From contig CBDCJO010000002.1 of the NCBI GenBank assembly GCA_965217865.1, positions 4,800,001-4,864,000 on the forward strand: DNA of 64,000 bases, in the 5' to 3' direction. The notes under the pieces are model-generated. The model had not been told where the DNA came from. It saw nothing but the letters and a program-made list of their open reading frames with translations, and ran no database searches. The position numbers were made by a program, and so were the translations under genes. This DNA is from Candidatus Latescibacterota bacterium (GTDB lineage: Bacteria; Latescibacterota; UBA2968; SICM01). Numbering within the stretch: the first letter of the stretch is position 1; the number at the start of each line of letters is the position of its first letter. Of the stretch, positions 11,155 through 22,414 are shown piece by piece.

Positions 11155-11568
11155 TCAATCCTCCTGCTGGTGAGTAGGGGAAGGATGGTCCTGGTCCACG
11201 GTCCAGAGGTCGAATTTTCCATCGCCATCAAGGTCCGACCATGCCTTCGCGAGGAACGATTTCGAGCCTGTAACCTCAACACGAAACTTATAAGGGAATG
11301 TGTCATCCAGTTGGAGGACATCGGCATTTATTTCGTTGTCGATCGGAAAGTAGGTGCCGTATTGTTCAAAATAGGTGCGCTCCAGCCGGTAAATCTGTTC
11401 GAGGAAGAGACGGGCTTTTTTCTGTTGTACCTCTTCATAGGTGTGGGTCGTGAAATAATAGACCGTAGCCACCGAGAAGACAAGACAGATGGTGAGGATC
11501 ACCAGGAGGTCTCTTCGATAAGACCTGTGCGGTTCAAAATATCGTGGACGGTAAGGCATCAAGATCAC
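11155..11568 (-). CDS. Type IV pilin-like membrane protein
   Basis: N-terminal TM helix, 'ARLFLEQIYRLERTYFEQYGTY', C-terminal 'DLDGDGKFDLWTVDQ'. No canonical G|F...E prepilin site. Confidence 0.6.
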   Translation of the reverse strand: MILMPYRPRYFEPHRSYRRDLLVILTICLVFSVATVYYFTTHTYEEVQQKKARLFLEQIYRLERTYFEQYGTYFPIDNEINADVLQLDDTFPYKFRVEVTGSKSFLAKAWSDLDGDGKFDLWTVDQDHPSPTHQQED

Positions 11569-11579
11569 CGCGGAGTGTC

Positions 11580-13316
11580 TTAAGGTCCCTCCGAATCCTT
11601 TTCTAAATCAGTTTCTTCTCCGTAATGCACGGTTTCGACGGAGAGATCCGCCCCTTCGGTCGTCCAGCGGGGGCGGACGGCGATCGGTTCGGATAGGATC
11701 CCGAATGGTTCTGAGGGGAGAAAAGGGTTCGGGACGCCAGCGGTCCATGTTCCATCACCATTTATGTCCAAAAATCCGATTATGGTGTAGCTCCCTGGGG
11801 GGAGTTCCGGGATGACGTAATTTCCGGGTTGAGATAGCGTCGTTGTGCCTCCTACGTTATTTTCTTCCACGAGGACTGCGATCAGGTGGAGACTGCCTGG
11901 GACATCGCGCGGCCCCGAGATTTGACCGGCGATGTTTCCGAGACGTCCGCTGTCAACGGTCGTGAAGGAAAGCAAGATGTTTGAAGACAATCGATTGCCG
12001 GCGCCGTCCAGAAGTTTGTCCCCATCTCCGGAAAAATGATACGAACGGGTGGCCGCCCAGGAGGCCCCGGGGGTGAAGGTGAGTCGGTCGGGTGAAGACC
12101 AGTCAAATACGCCGGGGGGCACCTCCGTTGTATCCGAGGGAATCCACAGGGGAGAGACATCCGCGGTCCGCATCGGCTCAGAGAAAGTTATCTCGATCAC
12201 CTGATTCAGGGGAACATTTTTCGCCCCGGTCTTCGGTCGCAATGCCGCCACGGTGGGAGGTGATCGGTCGGGATTTTTTCTCCCTTTAAAGGTTCTCGTC
12301 TCGTCGGGTAACGTAACGGTCGAAACTCCCTGAGATGCAGTCATGTTTTCGATACGGTATAAAGCCCCGGGACTCTGTACCCGGGTGAGAAGCAAAGCCC
12401 GGGAAGAGTCCCCCGGATCGAGGTGGATCGCCAGGATTCCCAGCGAATCTTTTTCGCCGGATACGATGACTTTCATCCGGGATGTCACGGGCCGGTTGAA
12501 CCTTAGCACCACGTGCGTACGGTCGATCGCCTTCGAGGAGGTCAATCGGATCTTCTTTGAAGGGTGAAGGGTGGAACGGAAACCTCCCAGATGCGCGACT
12601 GTCCCCGAATCCCCCAGAGAGGCATCGGCGGGGGGAATTGAGAACGGGTCCACCCCGGGTGAATAAGCCCGGTCCCGATCCCTGTCCTCAAAAGCAAAGG
12701 TTCGATAGCGCCCTGAAGACAGACGGGGAAACCGAAAGGTTCCGTCCGAGGCGGCCTGGGTCGTGTAATCCGGGGAGTCATTTTCAGGATCGGGGTCTGG
12801 ACGAACCGTAAGGTCGTAGGAGATCACATAAACTTGGGATCGCCCCCTATCCAATGTATGGACGCGCCCCCGAATCTCTCCCCGGGCGATCCGCTCCCCT
12901 GTCGAGAAGGCGAAATCATAGGAAGCCATCATGGGGTTTCCCATCTCGTCCCGACTTCCGGCCCCGACCGAAACCAGGTAGGTCCGGCCGGGGCGGAGAC
13001 CTCCAACCGGTTCCGCCTCCATCCTTTCTCCTTGCCATCGAAACTTCACTCCCTCCCGGGCGGCAGGGGAGAAAAAGAAGGATTCCTCCACGGATCGGCG
13101 ATCCATCTGCTCGGAGAATTGAATGAGAATCAGGTGATCGGGGGGAATTTTCGTGGCGTCAGAGGAGGGCCGGGTCAACACGACTTCCGGGGGGGTCCGG
13201 TCGGGGGGGCCTCCGGAGGGGGGCCCCTGGGAGGCACAGGAGAAACACAAAGACGTAAGGAACCAAATCAAACAGGAAAAATGAGGCAGCCCGGTTTCCA
13301 GCCTGCTCCGTTGCAT
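11580..13316 (-). CDS. Lipoprotein with Big_5 Ig-like domains
   Basis: Lipobox 'FSCA' followed by 'PPSGGPPDRTPP', 'FSEQMD', 'FSTG', second 'ITFSEPM' domain. Confidence 0.85.
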   Translation of the reverse strand: MQRSRLETGLPHFSCLIWFLTSLCFSCASQGPPSGGPPDRTPPEVVLTRPSSDATKIPPDHLILIQFSEQMDRRSVEESFFFSPAAREGVKFRWQGERMEAEPVGGLRPGRTYLVSVGAGSRDEMGNPMMASYDFAFSTGERIARGEIRGRVHTLDRGRSQVYVISYDLTVRPDPDPENDSPDYTTQAASDGTFRFPRLSSGRYRTFAFEDRDRDRAYSPGVDPFSIPPADASLGDSGTVAHLGGFRSTLHPSKKIRLTSSKAIDRTHVVLRFNRPVTSRMKVIVSGEKDSLGILAIHLDPGDSSRALLLTRVQSPGALYRIENMTASQGVSTVTLPDETRTFKGRKNPDRSPPTVAALRPKTGAKNVPLNQVIEITFSEPMRTADVSPLWIPSDTTEVPPGVFDWSSPDRLTFTPGASWAATRSYHFSGDGDKLLDGAGNRLSSNILLSFTTVDSGRLGNIAGQISGPRDVPGSLHLIAVLVEENNVGGTTTLSQPGNYVIPELPPGSYTIIGFLDINGDGTWTAGVPNPFLPSEPFGILSEPIAVRPRWTTEGADLSVETVHYGEETDLEKDSEGP

Positions 13317-13370
13317 TTCTCCTCCGATCTCCGTCCCTTTAACCTTGAACTCAGCGATTCGTACTGACCA

Positions 13371-14720
13371 TTAAAGTATATACCGGCTTAAATCGGTGTC
13401 CTTGACGATCCCCTCAAGCCGTTTCTTGACGTCCTTCTTCGTGATCCTGATCGACTTCTTCCGCCGATCCGGAACACTGTAGAGGATGTCTTCCAGAAGG
13501 GCGGTCATCACCGTGTGAAGCCTGCGGGCTCCGATGTTTTCATTGCGGGAATTGACCTGGTCCGCCACCCTTGCGATCTCGTTTGCCGCGTCGGCTGAGA
13601 AACTCAAGTTGACGTTTTCAGTCTTCAGCAAGGCCGAGTACTGACGGAGAAGGGCATTTTTGGGCTCCGTGAGGATCCGGAGGAAGTCCTCCGCCGTGAG
13701 GCTTTCCAGCTCAACCCGGATCGGGAAGCGCCCCTGGAGTTCGGGGATGAGGTCGGAGGGCTTCGAGGTGTGAAATGCCCCTGCGGCGATGAAAAGGACA
13801 TGATCCGTCCGGACCATGCCGTATTTGGTCATCACGCTGCTCCCCTCGATGATGGGGAGGATGTCCCTCTGCACACCTTCGCGGGATATGTCCGGACCCG
13901 CACCCTTGCCTGCCTCTCCGGCGATCTTGTCCAGCTCGTCGATGAATGCGATGCCGTTCTGCTCTACTCGTTGGATGGAATCGGAGATGACCGCGTCCAT
14001 GTCGATCAGTTTCTGAGATTCCTCCTGGAACAGTAGTTTACGTCCTTCGGGGACGGTGAGCCTTCGATGTTTGGTCTGGGCAGGAAGGATGCCACCGAAC
14101 ATCTCCCGAAGGTTGATCCCCATCTCCTCCAGGCCGATCGGAGAAAAGATCTCCACCATTGGGAAGCGTTCGCTTGGCAGATCCACCTCAAGGGTGCGGT
14201 GATCGAGTTTTCCCTCCCTGAATTGCGTCCTGAGGCGCTCCCGAGTACGTTTGTGCCGATTGATCGTGGCGGCCAGGACCTTTCCCTTTTTATTTTTTTC
14301 ATGGGGTGGGGGAAGCAAGATGTCGAGCAAACGCTCCTCGGCAAGCAGGTCGGCTTCGTCTTTAACCTTTTCCGTCCGCTCCGTCTTGACCATGGTGACC
14401 GAGAGGTCTGTAAGATCGCGTATCATCGATTCCACGTCCCGTCCGACATAACCCACCTCCGTATACTTGGAGGCCTCCACTTTGATGAAGGGGGCTTCCG
14501 CAAGATGGGCCAAGCGTCGGGCGATCTCGGTTTTTCCGACTCCTGTCGGTCCGATCATGATGATGTTATTCGGCATGATCTCCTCCCGGAGATCTTCCGG
14601 GACCTGTTGCCGGCGCCAGCGATTCCGTAGCGCGATGGCCACAGCCTTTTTTGCTTTATCCTGTCCGACGATGTATTTGTCCAGCTCCTGGACGATCTGC
14701 TTTGGGGTCAGGAAGTCCAA
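13371..14720 (-). CDS. hslU: ATP-dependent protease ATPase subunit HslU
   Basis: '[12 protein letters not shown]', GPTGVGKT, 'GYVGRDVES', '[10 protein letters not shown]', C-terminal 'DLSRYIL'. Confidence 0.98.
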   Translation of the reverse strand: MDFLTPKQIVQELDKYIVGQDKAKKAVAIALRNRWRRQQVPEDLREEIMPNNIIMIGPTGVGKTEIARRLAHLAEAPFIKVEASKYTEVGYVGRDVESMIRDLTDLSVTMVKTERTEKVKDEADLLAEERLLDILLPPPHEKNKKGKVLAATINRHKRTRERLRTQFREGKLDHRTLEVDLPSERFPMVEIFSPIGLEEMGINLREMFGGILPAQTKHRRLTVPEGRKLLFQEESQKLIDMDAVISDSIQRVEQNGIAFIDELDKIAGEAGKGAGPDISREGVQRDILPIIEGSSVMTKYGMVRTDHVLFIAAGAFHTSKPSDLIPELQGRFPIRVELESLTAEDFLRILTEPKNALLRQYSALLKTENVNLSFSADAANEIARVADQVNSRNENIGARRLHTVMTALLEDILYSVPDRRKKSIRITKKDVKKRLEGIVKDTDLSRYIL

Positions 14721-14721
14721 T

Positions 14722-15261
14722 TTACAGATCCTCTATGATGATGTTGGTGTTGGTATAGAGACAGATCGACGCGGTGATTCGGAGGGACTTCTCGACGACA
14801 TCGTGGGAATTGAGCTTGGATGTCTCGAGATACGCTCTGGCGGCGGCAATGGCGTAGCCGGCGCCCGATCCGACTGCCACGATTCCGTCGTCGGGCTCGA
14901 TAACATCCCCTTCCCCCGAGATAATCAGGGATCGTTTGAGATCCGCCACGGCCATCAGGGCTTCGAGTCGTCGAAGGGCCCGGTCGGTCCGCCACTCCTT
15001 GGCGAGCTCCACGGCGGAACGCATGAGGTTTCCACGAAATTCTTCCAGTTTTGCTTCGAACTTATCGAGCAACGCCACGGCATCCGCGGAGGCGCCGGCA
15101 AAACCGGCCACGACCCGGTCTTGGTAGAGTTTGTGGACTTTCCGGGCCCGGTGTTTCATGACGGTGCCCCCCATGGACACCTGTCCGTCACCACCCATGG
15201 CGACTTTCCCCTTATGTCGAACACCGAGGATTGTTGTGGACCGAAGCAAGGCCATGGTCAT
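14722..15261 (-). CDS. hslV: ATP-dependent protease peptidase subunit HslV
   Basis: 'STTILGV', 'GDGQVS', 'GFAG', '[12 protein letters not shown]', 'GSG', 'ICLYTN'. Confidence 0.98.
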   Translation of the reverse strand: MTMALLRSTTILGVRHKGKVAMGGDGQVSMGGTVMKHRARKVHKLYQDRVVAGFAGASADAVALLDKFEAKLEEFRGNLMRSAVELAKEWRTDRALRRLEALMAVADLKRSLIISGEGDVIEPDDGIVAVGSGAGYAIAAARAYLETSKLNSHDVVEKSLRITASICLYTNTNIIIEDL

Positions 15262-15428
15262 CCTGTTCGTTCAATTAAAAGGTAAAAAACAGACTTCCCC
15301 TCGGGGGAGGGGAGAGCGGGGTCAATTGAATTTCGGCTCAAGGAGAATGTTCCTGGAAGGGGGATAGGAGGTCGAACACTTCGGGGTTAAAAGGACATTG
15401 ACTTGATTGCCGCTCCCGGCTCTGCGTA

Positions 15429-16328
15429 TCACGCTCGGGGATGTGCCTGGCGGTAGATCTTCTTGATCTGTTCCACGCTAACGTGAGTATAGATCTGGGT
15501 TGTTGAGAGGGACGCGTGGCCCAGAAGGTCTTTGACTGCGTTCAGGTCCGCTCCTGCATTCAAGAGGTGGGTAGCAAAGGTATGCCGCAGGACGTGGGGC
15601 GTGAGCCGACGGCCGGTTGCCCTGAGGAGATGCTTTGCGACGATCTTTTGAATCCCTCGATCCGTCAGACGCCTTCCCCTTCGGTTCAGGAAAAGAGCGT
15701 TCGATTCAAGGGATTTTCCCCCGGGTGGAACAAGCCCGTTTCGTCGGTTGAGATAAAGGTGGAAGGCATCGGCCGCCTTTCTGCCGATCGGAACGATTCG
15801 CTCCTTATTACCCTTCCCGAGGACACGGACGGTTCCGGCGTGGGTATCCACATCGTCGATATCGAGGCCGGTTAGTTCGCTCAAGCGGATGCCTGAACCG
15901 TAAAACATTTCCATGATGGACCTGTCACGAAACCCCCATAGATCCTCCGGATACGACATCTCCACGGCGTTTTGTGCCTCTTTTTCACCCAGAAATCGCG
16001 GAAGCCGGCTCTCCAACTTGGGGGTCGGAATCCCGGCGGTGGGGTCTTGAGCCCCGCCGCAGGATAGCGACAGGTATCCGAAAAATGAGCGGAGCGTCGT
16101 AAGCGTCCGGGCGATCGAGCGCCTTTTATAACCCTTTCTCACCAGGTGAGCAAGGAAGGACCGGACAGATTGGCGGTCCACCTCGGACGATATCGGGCTG
16201 TCCCCCCTCTGGAGTTGAAGATAGGCGTTAAACTTCTGTAGGTCGTTTTTATAAGCCGCAACGGTCCGCGGAGAAAGGCCTCGCTCCTGCTTCAGGTAGC
16301 CCAGGAAATTTCGAATATCGTCGGTCAT
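15429..16328 (-). CDS. xerC: Tyrosine recombinase XerC
   Basis: 'GIRLSEL', 'GKGNKER', HVLRHTFATHLL, 'LLGHASLSTTQIYTH'. Typical topA-xerC-hslVU synteny. Confidence 0.9.
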   Translation of the reverse strand: MTDDIRNFLGYLKQERGLSPRTVAAYKNDLQKFNAYLQLQRGDSPISSEVDRQSVRSFLAHLVRKGYKRRSIARTLTTLRSFFGYLSLSCGGAQDPTAGIPTPKLESRLPRFLGEKEAQNAVEMSYPEDLWGFRDRSIMEMFYGSGIRLSELTGLDIDDVDTHAGTVRVLGKGNKERIVPIGRKAADAFHLYLNRRNGLVPPGGKSLESNALFLNRRGRRLTDRGIQKIVAKHLLRATGRRLTPHVLRHTFATHLLNAGADLNAVKDLLGHASLSTTQIYTHVSVEQIKKIYRQAHPRA

Positions 16329-18571
16329 GCGCTCGCCTTCAAGGCCTCCTCCTCATTCAAGGGGAAGGATGATTTACAGATGGGGCATTGCAGATATTCC
16401 CCCCGACGCTGCGAGGATCTGGCTTCCATGAAGGGTGCGTCGCAGTCCGGACAAGGCCGGTCCGCAGGGGGATACCACGTTGCGAAATCGCAGTCCGGCC
16501 ACTTGCTGCATCCGTAGAAGACTTTTCCCCTCTTGCTCTGCCGCTCGAGGAGCTGTCCGTCGCATTCCTTTTTCGGGCACGGATGTCCGATCGAGATCGG
16601 GCGGGTACTTCGGCAATCCGGATAGGCCGAACATGCCAGGAAGCGCCCGCGGGAACCGGTTTTTAAAACCATCGCGGCCCCGCACTTCTCACAGGTTTCA
16701 CCCTCGGCGATCTGTTGATCGTCCTCACCGTTCAGAGGCTTCGTGTTTTTACACGCAGGATATCCGGAACAGGCCATGAACCTTCCGTTGCGGCCCCACT
16801 TGATCACAAATTTTTGGCCGCACTTCTCGCAAACCTCATCGGTCTCTTCCTGTAGAGACCGCTTGAGTTCCGCTCCCTGGCTCTCCATTCGGGCGACGTC
16901 TTTCTCGAAGGGATCGTAGAACCCACGAACAACCGAAACCCACTCGTCCTCACCCGTTTCGACGCCGTCCAGGGACTCCTCCATCGAGGCGGTAAATTTT
17001 GTGTTGAAGATATCGGGAAAGGCTTTGACGAGCAAGGTGTTGACGGTCTTTCCGAGCTCTGTGGGCGTGAATCTTTTCTGCTCTCTGGAGACGTAGTCCC
17101 TGTCCAGGATGGTGCTTATAATCTGAGCGTAGGTGCTGGGCCGTCCGATTCCCTGAGCCTCCAGTTCCTTGACGATGGAGGCCTCGGTGTAACGTGGCGG
17201 TGGTTTGGTGAAGTGCTGTTCGGGATTGAGCGATATCAGCCGCAGGTCATCCCCGACCTTGAGCCCCTCCGGTATTTTCCGCTGCACCTCCTCGGCCTGA
17301 TCATCGGTTGCTTCGGTGTAGAGGACTGTGTACCCGCGGAATTTGACGACGAAACCCGTGGTCCTCAGGTTGTAGTTTCCGGCTTTAATGCTCACGGTGG
17401 TAACGTCCAACAGGGCGGGCTTCATCTGGGAAGCGATGAATCTGTCCCAGATGAGCTGATAGAGAGCGGCCTGGTCTTTGGTCAGGAAGCGTTTGATGGA
17501 TTTGGGCTGATGAGAGGCAGCGGTCGGCCTGATCGCCTCGTGGGCATCCTGAGCCCCTTTCCGGGTCTTGTAGGTTCGGGGTTTCGTCGGGACGTATTCG
17601 GGACCGAAAGCGGTGGCGATGTAGTCCCGGGCATCCGACACGGCTTCCGGGGCGAGGCGGGTGGAGTCGGTCCGCATGTATGTGATGAGACCGGTGGTCT
17701 CACCCTCAAGTTCGATCCCCTCGTAGAGTTGCTGAGCCACGACCATGGTCTTCTTGGCCGTAAAGTTCAGTTTGCGCACCGCATCCTGCTGAAGCGAACT
17801 CGTGATGAAGGGGGGAGAGGGGTTCCGCTTCTGTTCCTTAGTTTTGATATCCGAAATGCTGAAGTTTTCAGGACGCAGTTCCTCGACGATGCGTTCGGCG
17901 TCCGTAGATGTCGGGATCACGATCTTGGAGCGTCCTCTACTTGCGACCGTGGCTTGAAAGGATTCCCCACCCTGGGTGGACAGGTCCGCATCGATGGTCC
18001 AGTATTCGCGCTTGGCGAAGCTGAGGATCTCCTGTTCCCGATCACAAATCATACGAAGGGCGACGGATTGAACGCGGCCGGCACTCAGCCCTCGATGGAT
18101 CGTCTTCCAGAGGAGGGGGCTGACCTTGTATCCGACCAGTCTGTCGAGCACCCTTCTCGCCTGCTGGGCGTTGACCTTCCGCATGTCGATCTGATGGGGG
18201 GAGGAAATGCTGTTCAGGACCGCATTCTTTGTGATCTCGTTGAATACGATCCGCTTGATCTCCAGGCCATCCTGATTGATCTCGTGCCCAACGTGCCAGG
18301 CAATGGCCTCACCCTCTCTGTCGGGGTCGGTCGCCAAAAGGATTTCGTCCACTCCTTTCGCAGCGCTTTTGATCTGGCTGAGGACCTTTCCCTTCCCCTT
18401 TATAGTCTGGTATTTCGGCTGGAAGTCCTGCTCGACGTCGATCCCCAGGTCCTTTTCAGGGAGGTCACGGACGTGTCCCATGCAAGCAACCACCTTATAA
18501 TCTTTGCCAAGAAATTTATTGATGGTTTTTGCTTTTGCTGGAGATTCAACGATGACCAGAGATTTCGGCAT
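16325..18571 (-). CDS. topA: DNA topoisomerase I with C-terminal zinc ribbons
   Basis: 'LVIVESPAKAKTI', 'ATDPDREGE', 'SAGRVQS', 'ITYMRTDS', 'GIGRPSTY', C4 zinc fingers. Confidence 0.98.
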   Translation of the reverse strand: MPKSLVIVESPAKAKTINKFLGKDYKVVACMGHVRDLPEKDLGIDVEQDFQPKYQTIKGKGKVLSQIKSAAKGVDEILLATDPDREGEAIAWHVGHEINQDGLEIKRIVFNEITKNAVLNSISSPHQIDMRKVNAQQARRVLDRLVGYKVSPLLWKTIHRGLSAGRVQSVALRMICDREQEILSFAKREYWTIDADLSTQGGESFQATVASRGRSKIVIPTSTDAERIVEELRPENFSISDIKTKEQKRNPSPPFITSSLQQDAVRKLNFTAKKTMVVAQQLYEGIELEGETTGLITYMRTDSTRLAPEAVSDARDYIATAFGPEYVPTKPRTYKTRKGAQDAHEAIRPTAASHQPKSIKRFLTKDQAALYQLIWDRFIASQMKPALLDVTTVSIKAGNYNLRTTGFVVKFRGYTVLYTEATDDQAEEVQRKIPEGLKVGDDLRLISLNPEQHFTKPPPRYTEASIVKELEAQGIGRPSTYAQIISTILDRDYVSREQKRFTPTELGKTVNTLLVKAFPDIFNTKFTASMEESLDGVETGEDEWVSVVRGFYDPFEKDVARMESQGAELKRSLQEETDEVCEKCGQKFVIKWGRNGRFMACSGYPACKNTKPLNGEDDQQIAEGETCEKCGAAMVLKTGSRGRFLACSAYPDCRSTRPISIGHPCPKKECDGQLLERQSKRGKVFYGCSKWPDCDFATWYPPADRPCPDCDAPFMEARSSQRRGEYLQCPICKSSFPLNEEEALKASA

Positions 18572-19008
18572 AGCCGCTCCTCATGGGGATCAGGGAGTCA
18601 TTTCGGATTTTGACGCGCAGAAAGGTAAAAAGGTTTCATTCAATCATAATCACACGATGGCGTAATCTTTCGCCCAAAACGAAAAAAGCCACTCGAACCA
18701 TCCGCCATAGAAGCGCAGAGAGCAGCCCTCGGGGTAGAAAGATTCAGGATATACAGGGTCAGGGATGGCGAACAGATGAAAAATAAGAACGGGTTGAAAA
18801 AAAGTCAAGAGAAAGTGTAGGCCAGGGTAATTGTGTCCTTTGTCACATTCGCAATTTTTGATTTTGTGCAAATTAGTTTCCATATCAACAATTTTGTCCC
18901 TGGCAGGGTCGCTTTGAATAACATCTTGGCCCTTGATAATGGGTTGTTGTATATTTTATAAATCCAAATCGTTAATGGTACAAGGTCTTAGAGAGTGGTT
19001 CATCGGTT

Positions 19009-22000
19009 ATGAATTTAGTCGGGAAGAAGATTAAACACTTCGAGGTAAAGGAACTCATCGGTCGAGGGGCGATGGGCTCCGTCTATCGGGCTTACGACAA
19101 ATCGCTGGAACGCGATGTCGCCATCAAATTCCTTTCGTCCGAAACCCTCCCCGCTTCTCAGCAGATCGAACGGTTCTATAGGGAAGCAAAGGCGGCGGCC
19201 GGTCTTGTCCATCCGAATGTGATCGTCATTCACGATGTGGGTAAATTCGAGGGTACGTGTTACTTCGTGATGGAGCTTCTCCCCGGGAACTCTTTGCGGG
19301 ATATGATCCGGGAGGGCAGAAGGCCGGACTGGAAAGAAGGCCTTAAGATTATTGATCAAGTCTGTCGCGCCCTCGAAGCGGCTCATCGGTTGGGGCTCCT
19401 TCACCGGGACATCAAGGCGGACAATGTTTGGTTGATGCCCGATGGACATTGTAAGGTACTCGATTTTGGCATTGTACGTTTTTCGGCCGCCCAGTCGCTG
19501 ACCAGGACAGGGGAGACCCTGGGCACCCCGGAGTATATGGCCCCCGAACAGATTATGGGGGATCAGCTGGACGATCGGGCAGATGTATATGCCGTGGGGA
19601 TTCTTATGTACGAGCTGTTTACCGGGCAGCTTCCTTTCTACGGTCCGAATGCCGTTACCGTGATCTATAAACAGATGGAAGAGGATCCGACCCCGCCGGG
19701 AAAGCTTTCGAATGACATTCCCGAGGCCGTAGAAAAAATTATCCTCAAGGCCATGAACAAGGATCCCGGGCAGCGGTATCCCTCCGCCAAGCAGATGAGG
19801 ATTGAAATCGAAGCCATACTTGAAGGCCGGCCGATAGAGTCTGAATTCAAAGGGGATCCAGAATCTCTTACGGCGGAAAAAAAGCCAGGCTTGAAAGAGA
19901 AGGGGGGCGGACGCTTCGAATGCCGACTCGTGGGAAGAGAAGATGAAATGAAGGCGTTGAAAGCGTCATTTGATATTCGTGAGGGGGATCAGCGGCCGGT
20001 GGTTCTGATAGGCGGAGAGGCCGGGATCGGAAAGACACGATTGTCCATGGAAGCCCTCGATTACGCGCGCAGGAAAGGATTTTTAACCCTCCAGGGGTCC
20101 TGCCTTTTCACGGAAGGACCGGAACCCTACCTTCCTTTCATCGAGGCCATCGGTCAGTATCTGGAATCAAGAGATGAGGGAGAACATCAGAGATTGGACA
20201 AATTTATCAGGGACGAGGCTCCAGAGCTGAAGGAGTTGATCCCCCGCTTTAGGACGATGATCCGCACCCGACGCACGATGAGTTTGATCCATCCCGATAA
20301 AACGATCGCCACATCAAGGGAACGTCTTTTCGAAGCCATCACGCAAGTGCTTTTATTTCTCTCCCGGGGAACCCCGGTTTGTCTCCTTCTCGAGGACCTT
20401 CAATGGGCGGACAGCGGAAGTCTGCAGCTCCTGTATTATATCGGACGAACCGCCAAGGCGCAATCCATGATCATCCTGGGTACTTACCGGGTCGAGGATC
20501 TGATTCCTGACACCGATGGAACCCCCCATTCCCTCTTAGAGACGATGCAGCGAATGAGCAGGGAGGAGATCTTTCGGAAAATTGAATTGAAGGGATTGGG
20601 TTTTGAAGCGACGAATTTACTGGTAAGGTTCATTTTCAGGAGGAATATGTTTTCCGCCGGATTCCGGGCTTCTCTCTACAAAGAGACCAGCGGAAATCCC
20701 CTTTTCATTATCGAAGTGTTAAAGCTCCTGCGAGACGATGGCGTCATCTCCGAAAGGAAAGGGATCTGGCGGGAACGGCGGGAGATAACATCAGGTGACA
20801 TTCCGGAGAGGGTCTATGACGTTGTCGTCCGACGAGTGGAACGCCTGAATGAAGATGACAGGGAGTTGCTTCAGATTGCAGCCGTTGCCGGAGATAAATT
20901 CACTTCACAAGCCCTTACGAATGTCTCGGAAATGAAACGCCTCAACGTGCTTAAAGCCTTGAATAGGCTTGAACGAGCTTATCAGCTTATCGGTTCCGAG
21001 GGCCAGGCTTACGGTTTCACGCATCCGAAGACACGAGAGGTCCTCTATGAAGAAATCTCACCCGAACTTCGGAGGGAATATCATCTGGCTTTCGGTACTT
21101 ACTTGGAGGGGGGGGCAGTCGGGAAAAAGAGGGAATTGGTGGTCGACCTGGCTCGACACTTCTATTATGGGGGCGCCTTCAAAAAAGCCACACCCTACCT
21201 GATCCGTGCGGGGGATCGGGCAGGAGGGGTGTTCGCGTATCCCGAAGCCCGCAATTTCTTCGAGTGGGCCCTGGAGACTCTAGGAGATGGTGATTCAGAT
21301 AAGCGGAATAATCTGGAGTGTTCTCTTCATTACCGCCTCGGGGATATCTACAATCGCCTTGGGGATACTCAAAAAGGGTTAAGTCATCTGAAAATTTCCG
21401 AGGATTTGGCAAAACAAAAAGATGATTTTCGGATGGAAGCCCAGGTTCAACAGCGGATGGGTCATATTTTTTTTCGATCGGGAGGGTATGATCGGGCAAC
21501 CGAGCGATACGAAAAAAGCGCGGACAACTTCCGACGAATAGATGACCGGGAAGCCTTATGCCGGGTGCTCGTCGACGCGGCTAAGATCCCGTTCGAGCAG
21601 GGGGACTGGAAGGGGGTAAAGGCCTACTACACCCCGGCACTCCGGATCGCCCGGCAGGTGGGGGATCGAAGCCAGATGGCCATCATTTACATGAATTCCG
21701 GCATCATGGCCAGTATCCAAGGCGAGTTGGAACGGGCACTGCATCGCTATGGAAAAAGCAGGAAGATTTTCGAGGAGTTGAAAGAATGGCGAAACCTGGC
21801 AAGACTCTGGCTCAACCAGGGATGGTCCCTTGCGGGCCGGAAAGAATGGGGTAAAGCGAGAGAGGCTTATCATCATGCCCTTAAGATATCTAAAAAAACG
21901 AGAGATATTTTCAGTGAGTCAGAGTGCTATCTCAATGTGGCGGAGGTTTTGCTAGCTACGTCGGATCTGAAAGGATCCAAAAAGGCCTGTTTGAAGGCGC

Positions 22001-22338
22001 TTGAGATCTTCGAAAAGGTGAATGACCAGTTATGTATTGCGGATGTCTTTAAAACCTTGGGTCAGGTGGCGACCGTCGAGCGAAAGTGGGAAGAGGGCCA
22101 TTCTTACTTCAAGAAAAGCATCTCCGTAAATGAGTCCCTTAAAAATCTTCTGGGGGCGGGAGGGGCCCATATGGAATATTCACGGATGCTCAAAGGTCTT
22201 GGAAACCTCGATGGGGCATTGACCGAACTGGAAAGATCGATGACATGCTTTCAAACCATCAATGCCAAAGAAGATCTAAAAATTGCGGAGGAATTAAAAA
22301 AAGAGGTGGAGGCCCTTCACTATCTTGCTCAGCCTTGA
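19009..22338 (+). CDS. Ser/Thr protein kinase - AAA/STAND ATPase - TPR fusion
   Basis: GRGAMG, VAIK, HRDIKADN, DFG, GTPEYMAPE. 'LVGREDE', Walker A GEAGIGKT, Walker B 'LLLEDLQWAD', 'GNPLF'. C-terminal TPR array. Confidence 0.93.
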   Translation: MNLVGKKIKHFEVKELIGRGAMGSVYRAYDKSLERDVAIKFLSSETLPASQQIERFYREAKAAAGLVHPNVIVIHDVGKFEGTCYFVMELLPGNSLRDMIREGRRPDWKEGLKIIDQVCRALEAAHRLGLLHRDIKADNVWLMPDGHCKVLDFGIVRFSAAQSLTRTGETLGTPEYMAPEQIMGDQLDDRADVYAVGILMYELFTGQLPFYGPNAVTVIYKQMEEDPTPPGKLSNDIPEAVEKIILKAMNKDPGQRYPSAKQMRIEIEAILEGRPIESEFKGDPESLTAEKKPGLKEKGGGRFECRLVGREDEMKALKASFDIREGDQRPVVLIGGEAGIGKTRLSMEALDYARRKGFLTLQGSCLFTEGPEPYLPFIEAIGQYLESRDEGEHQRLDKFIRDEAPELKELIPRFRTMIRTRRTMSLIHPDKTIATSRERLFEAITQVLLFLSRGTPVCLLLEDLQWADSGSLQLLYYIGRTAKAQSMIILGTYRVEDLIPDTDGTPHSLLETMQRMSREEIFRKIELKGLGFEATNLLVRFIFRRNMFSAGFRASLYKETSGNPLFIIEVLKLLRDDGVISERKGIWRERREITSGDIPERVYDVVVRRVERLNEDDRELLQIAAVAGDKFTSQALTNVSEMKRLNVLKALNRLERAYQLIGSEGQAYGFTHPKTREVLYEEISPELRREYHLAFGTYLEGGAVGKKRELVVDLARHFYYGGAFKKATPYLIRAGDRAGGVFAYPEARNFFEWALETLGDGDSDKRNNLECSLHYRLGDIYNRLGDTQKGLSHLKISEDLAKQKDDFRMEAQVQQRMGHIFFRSGGYDRATERYEKSADNFRRIDDREALCRVLVDAAKIPFEQGDWKGVKAYYTPALRIARQVGDRSQMAIIYMNSGIMASIQGELERALHRYGKSRKIFEELKEWRNLARLWLNQGWSLAGRKEWGKAREAYHHALKISKKTRDIFSESECYLNVAEVLLATSDLKGSKKACLKALEIFEKVNDQLCIADVFKTLGQVATVERKWEEGHSYFKKSISVNESLKNLLGAGGAHMEYSRMLKGLGNLDGALTELERSMTCFQTINAKEDLKIAEELKKEVEALHYLAQP

Positions 22339-22414
22339 GAAGGCGCTCCGTCCGATGTGGAATTGAGAGAAAGGAATTTAATGTTTTCGCAAAAACCCGT
22401 CGGGGGGTAACGGA

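Noticed and set aside
15429-16328. Tyrosine recombinase as a mobile-element integrase
   Set aside because: Size, motifs and topA-xerC-hslVU context indicate housekeeping XerC.
17213-18613. Long antisense ORFs (466 aa here; also 4932..5981, 29943..30914, 56029..56994)
   Set aside because: Shadows of real genes on the opposite strand in GC-rich DNA, with no recognisable motifs.
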